NCBI GenBank assembly: GCA_040397805.1
Contig: JBBAVG010000011.1
Span: 2,247 to 66,246 of the forward strand
DNA from: Phycisphaerales bacterium
GTDB lineage: Bacteria > Planctomycetota > Phycisphaerae > Phycisphaerales > UBA1924
DNA: 64,000 bases
Reading direction: 5' to 3'
Position numbers and translations under genes: made by a program. Position 1 is the stretch's first letter; each line of letters starts with the position of its first letter. The notes below the pieces were generated by a model. It saw only the letters and a program-made list of their open reading frames with translations, had not been told where the DNA came from and did not search any database. Positions 53,077 through 63,189 of the stretch are shown here, piece after piece.

Positions 53077-54057
53077 TCACGCCTCGTCGCGTCCGGCTCG
53101 CCATCGATCAATCGCGACCGCGACGACGATGATGGGGCCCACGATCATCTCCTGGGCGTAACTCGGCAGCCCGGCCGCCGCACACCGGTTGTCGAGAAGG
53201 CTCATGAGCACCGCGCCGCAGAGCGTGCCGACGATGGAGACGCGACCGCCCGCGAGCGACGCGCCGCCGATGACCGCCGCGGCGATGGCCTTGAGTTCGA
53301 GTCCGACCTGGATCGTCGGATCGCCCGAGCCCCCGAGCCTCGCGAACTGGATGATGGCGGCCAGCCCCGCGCACGCGCCCGCGAGGGCGTAGACGAGCAC
53401 CTTGGTGCGGGCGACGGGCACGCCGCAGCGGATGGCGGCCTCCTCGTTGCTGCCGATGGCGATGGCGTGCCGCCCGGCGACCGTCCGCCGCAGGAAGAGA
53501 GACCCCGCCGCCGCGAGCAGCATGGCCATCCACGCGGCGGGCGCCAGCAGCAGCCACGCCGGGCGAGGCTCGATCGTCACCCACGACGCGAGCCACCCCG
53601 GCTTGGCGTACACGGGACTGCTCTCGCTGACGTACTTGGCGAGGCCGCGGACGAACCCGAGCGTGCCGAGCGTGACGATGAAGGCGGGCAGGCGGAGGGC
53701 CGCGACGAGCAGGCCGTTGCACGCGCCGCACGCCGCCCCCGTCGCGGCGGCCGCGAGGATCGCCAAGGCGGGCGCCAGCGCGTCGTCCGCGGCACGCGGG
53801 AGCATGACCTTGGCCGCCACCACGGTGCAGAGCGCGACGCACGACCCCACCGAGAGATCGAGCCCGCCCATGGCGATCACGAGCGTGGCGCCGAGCGCGG
53901 CGACGGCGACGATGCTGGACTGCAGGAGCACGGTGCGAAGGTCGAGCAGCGAGAAGGGCGAGCCGCCCCCGAGCAGCGCGAGGATGACGCCCGCCGCGAC
54001 GAGCATCGCCGCGTAGCGCAGCCAAGGGAGCGAGTGAGCGTTGCGTCGCACGACCAT
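53077..54057 (-). CDS. ABC transporter permease, RbsC/AraH-like (BPD_transp_2 type)
   Basis: About 10 TM segments, ...LGATLVIAMGGLDLSVGS... and GGASLAGGRVSIVGTLCGAVLM, typical of sugar ABC permeases. Confidence 0.8.
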   Translation of the reverse strand: MVVRRNAHSLPWLRYAAMLVAAGVILALLGGGSPFSLLDLRTVLLQSSIVAVAALGATLVIAMGGLDLSVGSCVALCTVVAAKVMLPRAADDALAPALAILAAAATGAACGACNGLLVAALRLPAFIVTLGTLGFVRGLAKYVSESSPVYAKPGWLASWVTIEPRPAWLLLAPAAWMAMLLAAAGSLFLRRTVAGRHAIAIGSNEEAAIRCGVPVARTKVLVYALAGACAGLAAIIQFARLGGSGDPTIQVGLELKAIAAAVIGGASLAGGRVSIVGTLCGAVLMSLLDNRCAAAGLPSYAQEMIVGPIIVVAVAIDRWRAGRDEA

Positions 54058-54099
54058 CGACGGCCAGAGGGTACGCGCGGAGCGAAAGACCGCCCTTGG

Positions 54100-57000
54100 T
54101 CAGCGTCCGGAGAGGAGCATCAGGTCGGCGCCGACGGCCTCGAGCACGGCATCCTGCACTTCGGGGGCATCGCCTGGCATGAGCCGCTGCACGGCGGCGC
54201 GGCGAATGCGACCGACTTCGCCGGGCGAAAGACCGGCGGCCGCCGCACGGTCGGCGAACGTTCGCACGCCCCCGAGCGCGTCAAGCGCCAGGCGATCGGC
54301 CTCGCCCGCGTCGGCGACCAAACTCTCGAGGTGACGGCGGAACCCCTCGCCCGTGGCGGCGTCGCCCGCCTTAGCGACATAGCCCACCCATGCCGCCCCC
54401 ACTGCGGCGGCAAGCCGCTCCGAACGGTCGGCGGGCAGCGGCGAGCCGGCGAGCAGGGCCGCCTTCGCCTCGGCGGGCGCGTCGAACCAGAGCGAGCAAT
54501 AGGCGTCGAGCAGCGACGCGAGCGCGGGGCCCGAGAGTCGCTCGGCCGTCACGCCCAGAGGCATGGCGTCGCGGTCGTCCACGAGCGACACGTCCTGCAC
54601 GAACGTCGAGCGGGAGAGGAACTGCACGAGCTGGGCGCGGTCGACGGGCCGCACCTCGAGCCCCGCGGCGGCCAGCGGGAGCGGCGCGGCGAGCGTGGGC
54701 GTGACGCCCGGCGTCGTCGCGGTCATGGCCGTGCCACCACCGATGGCGGCCGGAACAGGCGGCGGCACGGCGGTGGTCACCGTGGTGGAGCTCCGCTGCG
54801 CCACGAGGTCGAGCGGCAGCAGCCGCGTATTGGTGCCCGGCGCGTTGAACATCGCCTGAGTGATGAGCTGGCGGCTGCCGTCGGGCGCGACGTGCAACCC
54901 AACGATCTGCCCCTCGAGCCCCGCGCCTTGGCGGATGTTGTCGGTGGCGATGGCGGCGGCGCCGGCGGGCGTGGCGTTGCCCCCGCCGGTGATGACGAAG
55001 TCGACGCCGGACTTGGCGACAAAGTCGACGAGGAACTCGGGGCGCGTGACGTACGCGCCGCCGGAACGCTGATTGGTCGCCACGGCGTTGACGGCGGGGT
55101 TCTTGGAGAGTCCGTTGATCGCGACCGAACCGGCCGTCACCCTGATCGACCCCGTGGAAGAGATGTCGGAGAGGATCGCGGGTCGGTTGCCGGCGCGAAG
55201 ATCGAGCGACCCGAAGACGGTGAGCTTCTGGCCCTTGCCCATCGTGAAGCCGCCCGCGGCGAAACTCGGCCCGTTGACGCCGATCACGAAGGTGGTTGCG
55301 CCGTTGAACATGCCCGTCTGGGGCACGATGCGACCCGAGGCGTCGAACCCGTCGCCCACCGCGAAGACCGCGGTGGCCACCGAGGGCGACGCGCCGAGGT
55401 CGGCGCCGAGCGTCAGGCGGCCCAGGGCGTTGGTCGAACCGATGGAGCCGGCGAAACGCAAGGGCGTGACGGTGACGTCGCCCGCAGTGTCGCCGTTGGC
55501 GACGAGGTCGGTGGCGTCGCCGTTCGAGGCGATCTTGGCGACGGCCGCGGAACGCAGGGCGAGGGTGCGGCCGGTGGTGTCGGAGGAATCGATGGTGCCG
55601 CGGAAGAAGAGCGTGCCTTGGCCGCCGTCGATGATCGAGTTGCCGGTGAGTTGGACGGGACCGCCGAAGACGATTCCTCGCTGCACCGTGATGGCGTCGC
55701 CCACCAGCGTGGTGCGGTTGTTGTTGTTCGCGTTGACGAGCAGGCGACCCAAGGCTCCGGTCGAGCCCACCGGGCCGCCGAAGGTGACGGTGCTGGTGGT
55801 GGTCGCCGTGAGGTTCGCACCGGCCGTGGCGGCATCGAGCGAGCGGGCGAAGGAGAGCGACGCGGCATCGAAGGCGGTGTTGCCGCCAATGACGACGGGA
55901 TCGAGGAAGGACGTCTGCCCGGTGGTCCGCACCGAGCCGCCGTTGACGGCCGTCGTGCCGCCCGCGTCGGTCTCGAGGTTGCTCAGGGCGTTGGTGTCGC
56001 CGACGGCGCGGGCGAAGGTGGTCACGCCGGCGGTGTTGACGATGAGCGAGCGGGCGGTCGCTCCGAGCGTGTTGACGCGGCCGCCGAAGGTGACGGGGGC
56101 GTTGACGGCCGAGATGGTGGCGTTGGCGGCGAGGGACAGGTCGTCCTGGAAACTCACGCCTGCCCCGCTGAGCGTGCTGACGATGTTGCCGGAGATGGTG
56201 GTCGGCGCGGGCGTGAGCGAGTCGAGGCGGCGGAACCGCACGGCCTGGGCCGCGACGCTGGCGACCGAGGCGGACCCGAAGGCGTCGAAGTCGCCGCCCG
56301 CGACGATGTTGGCGAGCGTGGCGGAACCGCGATAGGTCTGCGAACCCACGGTGGTGACGTTGGTGAGCGAGATGGTGCCCGCGGTGATGTCGATCGACTC
56401 GAGGTTGCTCAGGACGCCCGTGTCGCCCGCGATGCTCACGGCCGACCCGCCGCTCACGACCAATCGCCGCGTGACGCCCTGCGAATCGACGCGGGCGGCG
56501 AAGGCGACGCCGTTGCCGGTCAGCGTCGTGTCGGCGTCGAGCAGGGCGTTCTCGCCGTAGGACTGTGCGCCGGTGGTGGTGACGTTGCCGCCGATCACCA
56601 CGCTGCCTCCCGCGTCGGTGGTGAGCGACGCCAACGCCAGCGAGCCGGGAACGCCGTCGATCACGCCCCCCACCACGCCGCCGAACCGCGTCTGGCCCGA
56701 GGCGTTGACGGTGAGCGATCGCACGGAGGTGTCGCTGTTGACGCGACGGTCGAAGTTGACGTCGGAGGCGAAGAGGCGGGTGTCGTCGGCCGTGAGGCGG
56801 ATGTCGTCGAGGTAGGTCTGCGCGCCGGTGGTGCGGACGGTCGCGGGCAGGAAGGTGACGCCGGTGGCGTTGGTCGTGAGCGACGCCAAGGGGGTGATGC
56901 CGCCGATGGTGGCGGCAAAGACGGTGTTGGCGGTCGCGCCGCCCGTGTTGACCGTCAGGGCGCGTGATTGTCCGGCGTCGGAATCGACGGTGGAGCGGAA

Positions 57001-60000
57001 GGCGATGCTGCCGCCCGACTCGACGGTGGTGTTCGCGCCCAACTGCATGGCGTCGCCGAAGGTGATGTCGCCCGCGACGCGGACCGTGCCCCCGTTGAGC
57101 GTGAGCGACCCGCCGTCGTCGGTGACAAGCGTGCCCAGGCGGCCCGCGCCCGTGTCGTCGCCGCCGACCGCGCCGACCAGGGAGGTGACGGGCGAGTTGA
57201 TGGTCAGCGAGCGGGCAAAAGTCGCGGCTGACTGCACCGTCGACGCGAAGGTGACGGACGTGGTGCCGGTGACGGTGGTGTCGGCCTCGAGCGTGACGGG
57301 ACCGGAAAAGAGCACCGAGGTGCCGCTGATCACGGCGGCCGTGCCGCCCACGGAGGGATCGTCGCGGAGGGTGGTCGTGCCGCCGAGCGTGACCGCGCCG
57401 AGCGACCGCACCGAGGCGACGTTGACGCTCGTGCCGCTGGCGGCCAGCGAGGCAAGGGCAACATCGCCGCCGATCGCGCCGGCGACGTCGACCGTGCCAG
57501 CGGGGGCCGAGAGCGTGAGCGATCGTTCCGAACCTGACGCGAGGGAATCGACGCGGCCGCCGATCGTGACATCGCCGCCGGTGGCGGTGATGGCGGCGTT
57601 CGAGCCGACGCGAACGTCGCCGGTCGTCGTCACGCCGCCCGTGTCGGCGAGCAGGTTGCCCGCGAGCGTCGTGGGACCGGCGTAGGACTGTCCGCCCGCG
57701 GTGTGGACGGCCTGCAGCGAGATCGAGCCGCCGGTGATGGAGAGCGTGCGGACCAGCCGGTTCGACGCGCTGCCTGATGGGCCTGCGAGCGACACCGCGC
57801 CCGCCCCGGCGTTCACCACCAGATCGCGATTGGACGTGGTGTCGTCGGCGTCGACGCCCGCGCCGAAGGTCACCGCGCCGCCGGCGGTGCCGATGGTGAC
57901 GCTGTCGGTCAGCGTGACGCCCCGAACGAAGGACACGGCATCGCCCGTGGTGGTGATGCCGGCCGCGAGGGCCGTGGCGCCCGTGGCGGCGGCGTTCTGC
58001 GTGAACGCGCCGTCGAGCGCGAGTCCCGCGCCGTCGATCGTGAGGAGGCCGGAGTTGTTGACCGTCATCGCCCCGTCCGCCGAGGTCGTGACGCCCCCGA
58101 CCAGCGTGATCGTCCGGCCCGTGAGGCCCACCGGACCGGCCGCGCGGATGGCGGCGAGGGTGGCGATATCCGAGGCGACCATGGTGAAGGCCTCGAGCGC
58201 GGTCGTCCCCCCCACCGAGCCGCCCAAGGTCACCAGACCGTCGCTGCCCGCCACGCCCGACGATCCGGCGCGCAGGGTGAGCGACTCGGCGCCCGCGGTG
58301 GTGGCGTCGATGGCGCCCGTGACCGCGATCGAGCCCACGTCGGCCCCGCCCGTCACCGCGCCCGCGGCGGTGGTGTCGAAGGTGACGTCGGCGGTCAGTC
58401 GCACGGACGACGCCAGCGTGATGTCGCCGCCGGACGTGACGATGTCGCCGCCCGCGACGTACGTCCCCGTCGCCGTGGCGTTGATGCCCGCAGGGGCGAC
58501 GAGCCGGCCCGCGGCGATGTCCCCGCTCGCGGCCGCCAACGTCAGCGACTTGCCCGCCTTGAGCGTCGCGTCGCCCATCGTGATCGAGGACCCTCGAAGC
58601 GAGAGCGACCAATCGCGGTCGAGCCCTGCGCCGGAGAGGTCGAACGCGTTGGCCTGCAACGCGCCGGCGTCCGCGCCGGTGCGGCCGATGACGACCGCGC
58701 CCGTGCTTGCCAGTCGCCCGAGTTCGGCGGCGTCGAGCGAGAAGGCGCCCGACGCGCCCGCGAGGCCGACGCCGATGCCCGCGGCCGACGGCGTGAGCGT
58801 GATGCCCGCCTGGCCGGTGATCGTCGCGCCCACGTCGAGCGTCGCGGCGGTGATCGCGACCGCGTTGCTGCCGGCGTCGAGCGAGGCCGCGTTGGCCACG
58901 CCGCCCGTGTGCGTCAGCGTGATGCCGCCCGTCGCCGTCACCGCCGCGGCGGAATCGAACCGAACGCCGCTGGAGGCGAACGCGCCGCCGTTGGTGTTGA
59001 TCGTCGCGTCGACGGAAACATCGCCCGCCGCGGCGTTGGCGTCGTTGGGATCGGTGTTGGCGCGGAGCGTCACGTTGAGCTGCCCGCTCGTGGCGACGAT
59101 CGAGTTGGAGACGATGATGTCGTTGGCGGCCTCGAGCGTGAGCGTGGCGGAGCCGGTGCCGGCGCTCTTGAGAATCGAATCCTGGACGGTGATGTTGCCC
59201 TGCTGGGTTCCCAGCGGATCAGCGGTGGTGATGGTGATGTTGGTGTCGGCGTTGAGGGCGGCCTGGATGGTGTCGCGGTTGACGTTGGCGTTGTCGATCG
59301 TGGGGTTGAAGACGCCCCCCGTGATCACGCCGTCGTCGAGGCCGCTGGCGGTGATGGTGACGTCGCGGGGGTCGATGAGCCACGACCCGGCGCGGCCGCG
59401 CGGGGCGGCGGCGGTGATCTCGCGGCTCGAGAGGTCGAGCTGGCCCTTGCTGGAGGTCTCGATGAAGCCGCCGTCACCGCCGCGGACGCCGCCCTTGGCG
59501 GAGATGTCGCCGTAGACGCGGCTGGCCTGATCGGACCAGACGACGACGCTGCCGCCATTTCCCCGCTCGGTGGCGTCGGCCCTGATGACGCTGTCGCGGC
59601 TGACGTACGCCACGTCGGCGCGGGGCAGGTCGCCCCGGCCCTGGATGTCGCCGCCGACGCGAACCTCGCCGCCGCCGCGGGTTCCCGAGGCGTCGATCGA
59701 GGCGGCGAAGAGGCCGACCTTCTCGCCGAGCACCTCGACGCGGCCGCCGCGGCCCGGGCCGCCCGCGCCGCCGCCACGCACGGCGGCGGCGTCGAGCGTT
59801 CCCTCGACGTGCACCTCGCCGCTCGACGCGGCCACCCTGATGTCGCGGCCGCGGACCGTGCCGCCGACCCGCATGGCCATGGAATAGACGTCACCGGCGG
59901 CCATGGCGACGACGCCGGACGAGGCGTCGATGGAGCCGGTGGTGGAGACGGCCGGACCGGCCGCGTCGTCGGCGCGTCCCTCGACGCGGACGTGGATGCC

Positions 60001-60681
60001 CCCGTCGCGGCGACCGATCATGACGTCCTCGCCGGCGGCCATCACGACCGCGCCTTGAGGCGCATCGATGCTGCCCGCGTTGCCGACGCTGCGACCGAGC
60101 AGGCCCACGAAGTCGGCGGTGATGGAACCCTCGTTGACGACGCGGCCCGAGAGATCGGTGAAGCGATCGAGGCCGCGGACGAAGTCGGAATCGCTCATGC
60201 GGCCCGCGGCGGCGTAGAGGCCCGCGACATCGACCCTCGCGGTGGCGCCGAAGAGGACGCCCGAGGGGTTGACGATGTAGACGCGGCCGTTGGCCAGGAG
60301 CGAGCCGTCGATGCGGGTGGGCTGGGCGGACTGGACGCGGTTGAGGACGCGGGCGGCGGCGTCGGGCTGCTGGAAGCGGACGGTCTCGCCCCTCGCGATG
60401 TCGAAGGAGCGGTAGTCGATGATGCTGTTGCGACCGGCGCGAATGACGGTTTCCGCACCGTTGCGGGTGATGGTGACGTCGCCACGGACCACGCGGGGGG
60501 CTTCGGGGCCGGCGACGGCGGCGGAGGCGAGCAGGGCGACGAGCACGCCCGCGACCGCGCCGGGCGCAAGCAGCGAGCGTCCGCCGCGGGCGCACGCCTC
60601 GGCGACGGCGGCGAGGTCGCTCGCGGTGCGGGGCGAGGCGGCGGCGGGAGTGGGCCTTGCGACAAAGTGTGCCATGGTCAC
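54100..60681 (-). CDS. two-partner secretion exoprotein (TpsA, filamentous haemagglutinin family)
   Basis: The N-terminal TPS domain has VVRGDVTITRNGAETVIRAGRNSIIDYRSFDIARGETVRFQQP...VLNRV...IDGSLLANGRVYIVNPSGVLFG. About 1700 aa of Gly/Thr/Ala beta-helix repeats follow. Confidence 0.87.
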   Translation of the reverse strand: MTMAHFVARPTPAAASPRTASDLAAVAEACARGGRSLLAPGAVAGVLVALLASAAVAGPEAPRVVRGDVTITRNGAETVIRAGRNSIIDYRSFDIARGETVRFQQPDAAARVLNRVQSAQPTRIDGSLLANGRVYIVNPSGVLFGATARVDVAGLYAAAGRMSDSDFVRGLDRFTDLSGRVVNEGSITADFVGLLGRSVGNAGSIDAPQGAVVMAAGEDVMIGRRDGGIHVRVEGRADDAAGPAVSTTGSIDASSGVVAMAAGDVYSMAMRVGGTVRGRDIRVAASSGEVHVEGTLDAAAVRGGGAGGPGRGGRVEVLGEKVGLFAASIDASGTRGGGEVRVGGDIQGRGDLPRADVAYVSRDSVIRADATERGNGGSVVVWSDQASRVYGDISAKGGVRGGDGGFIETSSKGQLDLSSREITAAAPRGRAGSWLIDPRDVTITASGLDDGVITGGVFNPTIDNANVNRDTIQAALNADTNITITTADPLGTQQGNITVQDSILKSAGTGSATLTLEAANDIIVSNSIVATSGQLNVTLRANTDPNDANAAAGDVSVDATINTNGGAFASSGVRFDSAAAVTATGGITLTHTGGVANAASLDAGSNAVAITAATLDVGATITGQAGITLTPSAAGIGVGLAGASGAFSLDAAELGRLASTGAVVIGRTGADAGALQANAFDLSGAGLDRDWSLSLRGSSITMGDATLKAGKSLTLAAASGDIAAGRLVAPAGINATATGTYVAGGDIVTSGGDITLASSVRLTADVTFDTTAAGAVTGGADVGSIAVTGAIDATTAGAESLTLRAGSSGVAGSDGLVTLGGSVGGTTALEAFTMVASDIATLAAIRAAGPVGLTGRTITLVGGVTTSADGAMTVNNSGLLTIDGAGLALDGAFTQNAAATGATALAAGITTTGDAVSFVRGVTLTDSVTIGTAGGAVTFGAGVDADDTTSNRDLVVNAGAGAVSLAGPSGSASNRLVRTLSITGGSISLQAVHTAGGQSYAGPTTLAGNLLADTGGVTTTGDVRVGSNAAITATGGDVTIGGRVDSLASGSERSLTLSAPAGTVDVAGAIGGDVALASLAASGTSVNVASVRSLGAVTLGGTTTLRDDPSVGGTAAVISGTSVLFSGPVTLEADTTVTGTTSVTFASTVQSAATFARSLTINSPVTSLVGAVGGDDTGAGRLGTLVTDDGGSLTLNGGTVRVAGDITFGDAMQLGANTTVESGGSIAFRSTVDSDAGQSRALTVNTGGATANTVFAATIGGITPLASLTTNATGVTFLPATVRTTGAQTYLDDIRLTADDTRLFASDVNFDRRVNSDTSVRSLTVNASGQTRFGGVVGGVIDGVPGSLALASLTTDAGGSVVIGGNVTTTGAQSYGENALLDADTTLTGNGVAFAARVDSQGVTRRLVVSGGSAVSIAGDTGVLSNLESIDITAGTISLTNVTTVGSQTYRGSATLANIVAGGDFDAFGSASVASVAAQAVRFRRLDSLTPAPTTISGNIVSTLSGAGVSFQDDLSLAANATISAVNAPVTFGGRVNTLGATARSLIVNTAGVTTFARAVGDTNALSNLETDAGGTTAVNGGSVRTTGQTSFLDPVVIGGNTAFDAASLSFARSLDAATAGANLTATTTSTVTFGGPVGSTGALGRLLVNANNNNRTTLVGDAITVQRGIVFGGPVQLTGNSIIDGGQGTLFFRGTIDSSDTTGRTLALRSAAVAKIASNGDATDLVANGDTAGDVTVTPLRFAGSIGSTNALGRLTLGADLGASPSVATAVFAVGDGFDASGRIVPQTGMFNGATTFVIGVNGPSFAAGGFTMGKGQKLTVFGSLDLRAGNRPAILSDISSTGSIRVTAGSVAINGLSKNPAVNAVATNQRSGGAYVTRPEFLVDFVAKSGVDFVITGGGNATPAGAAAIATDNIRQGAGLEGQIVGLHVAPDGSRQLITQAMFNAPGTNTRLLPLDLVAQRSSTTVTTAVPPPVPAAIGGGTAMTATTPGVTPTLAAPLPLAAAGLEVRPVDRAQLVQFLSRSTFVQDVSLVDDRDAMPLGVTAERLSGPALASLLDAYCSLWFDAPAEAKAALLAGSPLPADRSERLAAAVGAAWVGYVAKAGDAATGEGFRRHLESLVADAGEADRLALDALGGVRTFADRAAAAGLSPGEVGRIRRAAVQRLMPGDAPEVQDAVLEAVGADLMLLSGR

Positions 60682-60741
60682 GAATCCTCGGCTCGCACGG
60701 ATCGCCGCGTCACTCGAAGGACGCGGCGCGGACGAACGGTG

Positions 60742-62946
60742 TCAATAGGAGACGGTCAGCAGGAAGTGCAGGCGGGAACTGCCGGAGGAGACCTCTCGCT
60801 CGCTCGAGCCGAGCTGCTCGGGCCCGGCGTCCTTGAGGGCCATGCCCCAGTCGATCCGTGCGCTCACGTTGCGACGGAAGAGCAGGTCGACGCCCACGCC
60901 CGCGCCGATGAGCGTGTCGGGCAGTTCGCCCGCGAGCTTTTCCGACTGGTTCACGCTGGCGATGTCGAAGAAGCCCTTGAAGACCAGATCCCAGTCGGCG
61001 CGGCCGAACTCGTGCTGCGGGGTCCAGCGGAAGTCGCGGCCGACCCACGTGGGCATCGCCGTGTCGCCCATGGTGCCCGGTCGGCCGGGCGAGAGGGCGT
61101 TGGGCAGGTGGAAGCGGTACTCGAGCGACCCGATGAAGACGTTGTCGCCCGCGGCGAGCGACTCGGGGTAGCCGCGGACGGAGAAGAACCCGCCCGCGAC
61201 CTCCTCCTCGGTGGGGATGAGGCGATTGTCGAAGGAGAACTGACCTCGGCCGCTGAGGGACAGCTCGTGGGCCAGCGACGTGAGGCCCTTGCCGTCGGCG
61301 CCGCTGAACCACCCGAGATTGTTGAACAGGGGTTCGAGGTAGAAGCTGTGCCCGGCCTGCATGCGGAGCACGGTGAAGGACTGGTCGACGCCGGGGCGGC
61401 CGAGCGACTCCTTCTCGACCTTGTCGAGATCATCGGCGTTCCACGAGACGGTGGCGGCGGCGTAGAGGATCGAATCGTCGCGCACCCGTTCGGAAGCCAG
61501 GCCCACGTACGGGGTCAGGAAGCTGTCGCTGCCCTCCTGGGCGAGCGCGGTGTTCTCGACGTCGATCGACTGCCACTTGAGGCCGGTGACCAGGTCGAGG
61601 AAGAAGTCGCGTCGCTGCCAGATGGTGGTGACGACGTCGGCGCCCGCCGACGCGTTCTCGCCGCTGAAGGTCTCGCCCGCGAAGCCGACGTCGGAGGCGT
61701 CGTACTGCGACCACGACCCGAAGCCGCGGGCTCGGACGCGATCGGAGAGGACGGGGAAGGAATAGTCGACGTTGACGGCGTGGGAGCGGTCGAAGCCCGC
61801 GGTGACGTAGTCGAGACGCAGGATGTCGTCGCGGCGGGTGAGTTGGTTGTGGACGAACCCGAATCGCTCCCGCCACTCGCTGGTCTGCTTGGTGCCGGTG
61901 TTGGAGAGTTCGGCGTACGCCGTCCAGGGCTTGTTCTCGGCGACGAGGTAGTCGAGCGTGACCTCGTCGGGCTTGGCGCCGGGAGCCACGGCGGCCTCGA
62001 CCCGGCGGCCCGGGTGGCGGTTGAGGCGGGCGAGGTGATCGTCGACGAGATCGCGACGGACGAGGTCGTTGGCGGCCACGGGGCTCTGGACGCGAATGCG
62101 TTCGTGCACGCGGTCGGGGTTGTTCACGGCGGGCGTCGTTCCCGCCTCGATGTCCTTGGCGAGTCGCTCGCCGGAGGCGACGGTGCGAACCTCGCTCACG
62201 CGGCCGGTCCAGACGACCAGCCGCAGGTCGCCGGTGGCGCCCTGGCGGAGGTCGTCACCGGTCTGCATGGAGATCTGATCCTCGGCGGGGCGGGCGAAGA
62301 CGGAGATGAAGCCGCGGCGATTGAGTTCGGCGGCGACCGCGCGGCACACCTCGCCGATGGCGCTGGCGTGGAACTGCGCCCCCGCGCCCGCGCCCAGGTC
62401 GCGAAGACGGAAGGTGGCGGTGGGCACGCCCGAGCGGGGCAGGGGCCTGCCCATGACGTCGGCGAGGGGTTGGCCCGCGCCGGAGAGTTCCCGCGACGAG
62501 ACGTAGCCCTGCGGGAGCACGCCCAGGGTGACCTCCGCGTCCAGGAGTTCATCGGCGGAGGGCTGTCCTTCGCCGGGGGTTCGCCATTCGATGATGAAGC
62601 GGGAGACGGCGTAGACGCGGCCGTCGGCGGGTACGGCGCGGCCGGGGGAGGACGCGCTGCCGGGGGATGTCTCGCGGGTCGATGCGGCTGGGGCAACCGC
62701 CTCGGGCGACGCGGGACGTGCGGGGGGCGGCGTCTGTCGCGGCGCGGAGCGGGGCCCGACGGGACGCGGAGCGTTGATGTCGAAGGGCGGCTCGGTGGCA
62801 TGGCCGCCGGTCGCGAACCCGACGACGGCGAGGAGGCACGCGACGACCGAGCGTGGCGTTCGCGCGGGGGCGAACGCGAGCGTGGCTCCGCGAGGACGGG
62901 CGTGCTCGGCGGGCATGGAGGTTCGCCGACGTGAGGGTGTCGTCAT
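60742..62946 (-). CDS. ShlB/FhaC/HecB-family TpsB outer-membrane transporter
   Basis: POTRA-like region (LRLVVWTGRVSEVR, LARLNRHPGRRVEAAVAPG...VTLDYLVAENKPW), NTGTKQTSEWR, and a C-terminal beta-barrel ending ...SRLHFLLTVSY. It lies immediately upstream of tpsA. The start is uncertain (62946, 62916 or 63030). Confidence 0.82.
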   Translation of the reverse strand: MTTPSRRRTSMPAEHARPRGATLAFAPARTPRSVVACLLAVVGFATGGHATEPPFDINAPRPVGPRSAPRQTPPPARPASPEAVAPAASTRETSPGSASSPGRAVPADGRVYAVSRFIIEWRTPGEGQPSADELLDAEVTLGVLPQGYVSSRELSGAGQPLADVMGRPLPRSGVPTATFRLRDLGAGAGAQFHASAIGEVCRAVAAELNRRGFISVFARPAEDQISMQTGDDLRQGATGDLRLVVWTGRVSEVRTVASGERLAKDIEAGTTPAVNNPDRVHERIRVQSPVAANDLVRRDLVDDHLARLNRHPGRRVEAAVAPGAKPDEVTLDYLVAENKPWTAYAELSNTGTKQTSEWRERFGFVHNQLTRRDDILRLDYVTAGFDRSHAVNVDYSFPVLSDRVRARGFGSWSQYDASDVGFAGETFSGENASAGADVVTTIWQRRDFFLDLVTGLKWQSIDVENTALAQEGSDSFLTPYVGLASERVRDDSILYAAATVSWNADDLDKVEKESLGRPGVDQSFTVLRMQAGHSFYLEPLFNNLGWFSGADGKGLTSLAHELSLSGRGQFSFDNRLIPTEEEVAGGFFSVRGYPESLAAGDNVFIGSLEYRFHLPNALSPGRPGTMGDTAMPTWVGRDFRWTPQHEFGRADWDLVFKGFFDIASVNQSEKLAGELPDTLIGAGVGVDLLFRRNVSARIDWGMALKDAGPEQLGSSEREVSSGSSRLHFLLTVSY

Positions 62947-63189
62947 CCGCGTGTCCTGAAGGCGGTTCGCCGAGCCGTCCGGGGTCGTGACATGAGCCTC
63001 GGATCGCGGGGAAGTTAGGGATAGGTTCACCGAGCAGTCAAGCCGCGGCGACGCAATCGGGACCGCCTCGTCTTCACGTCAACTGGAGTTCAAGGCCGGG
63101 CCCCGAACGGACGCCGACACGTGGAGCGTCGACCCGAGCGAGATCCGGACGCTACCCTTGCGTCAAATCCAGATCAGGGAGTCACGACC

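Noticed and set aside
54100-54900. CDI-type toxin/immunity pair at the 3-prime end of tpsA.
   Set aside because: There is no VENN or related pre-toxin motif. No small downstream ORF could encode an immunity protein, because the 43-bp gap leads straight into an ABC permease.
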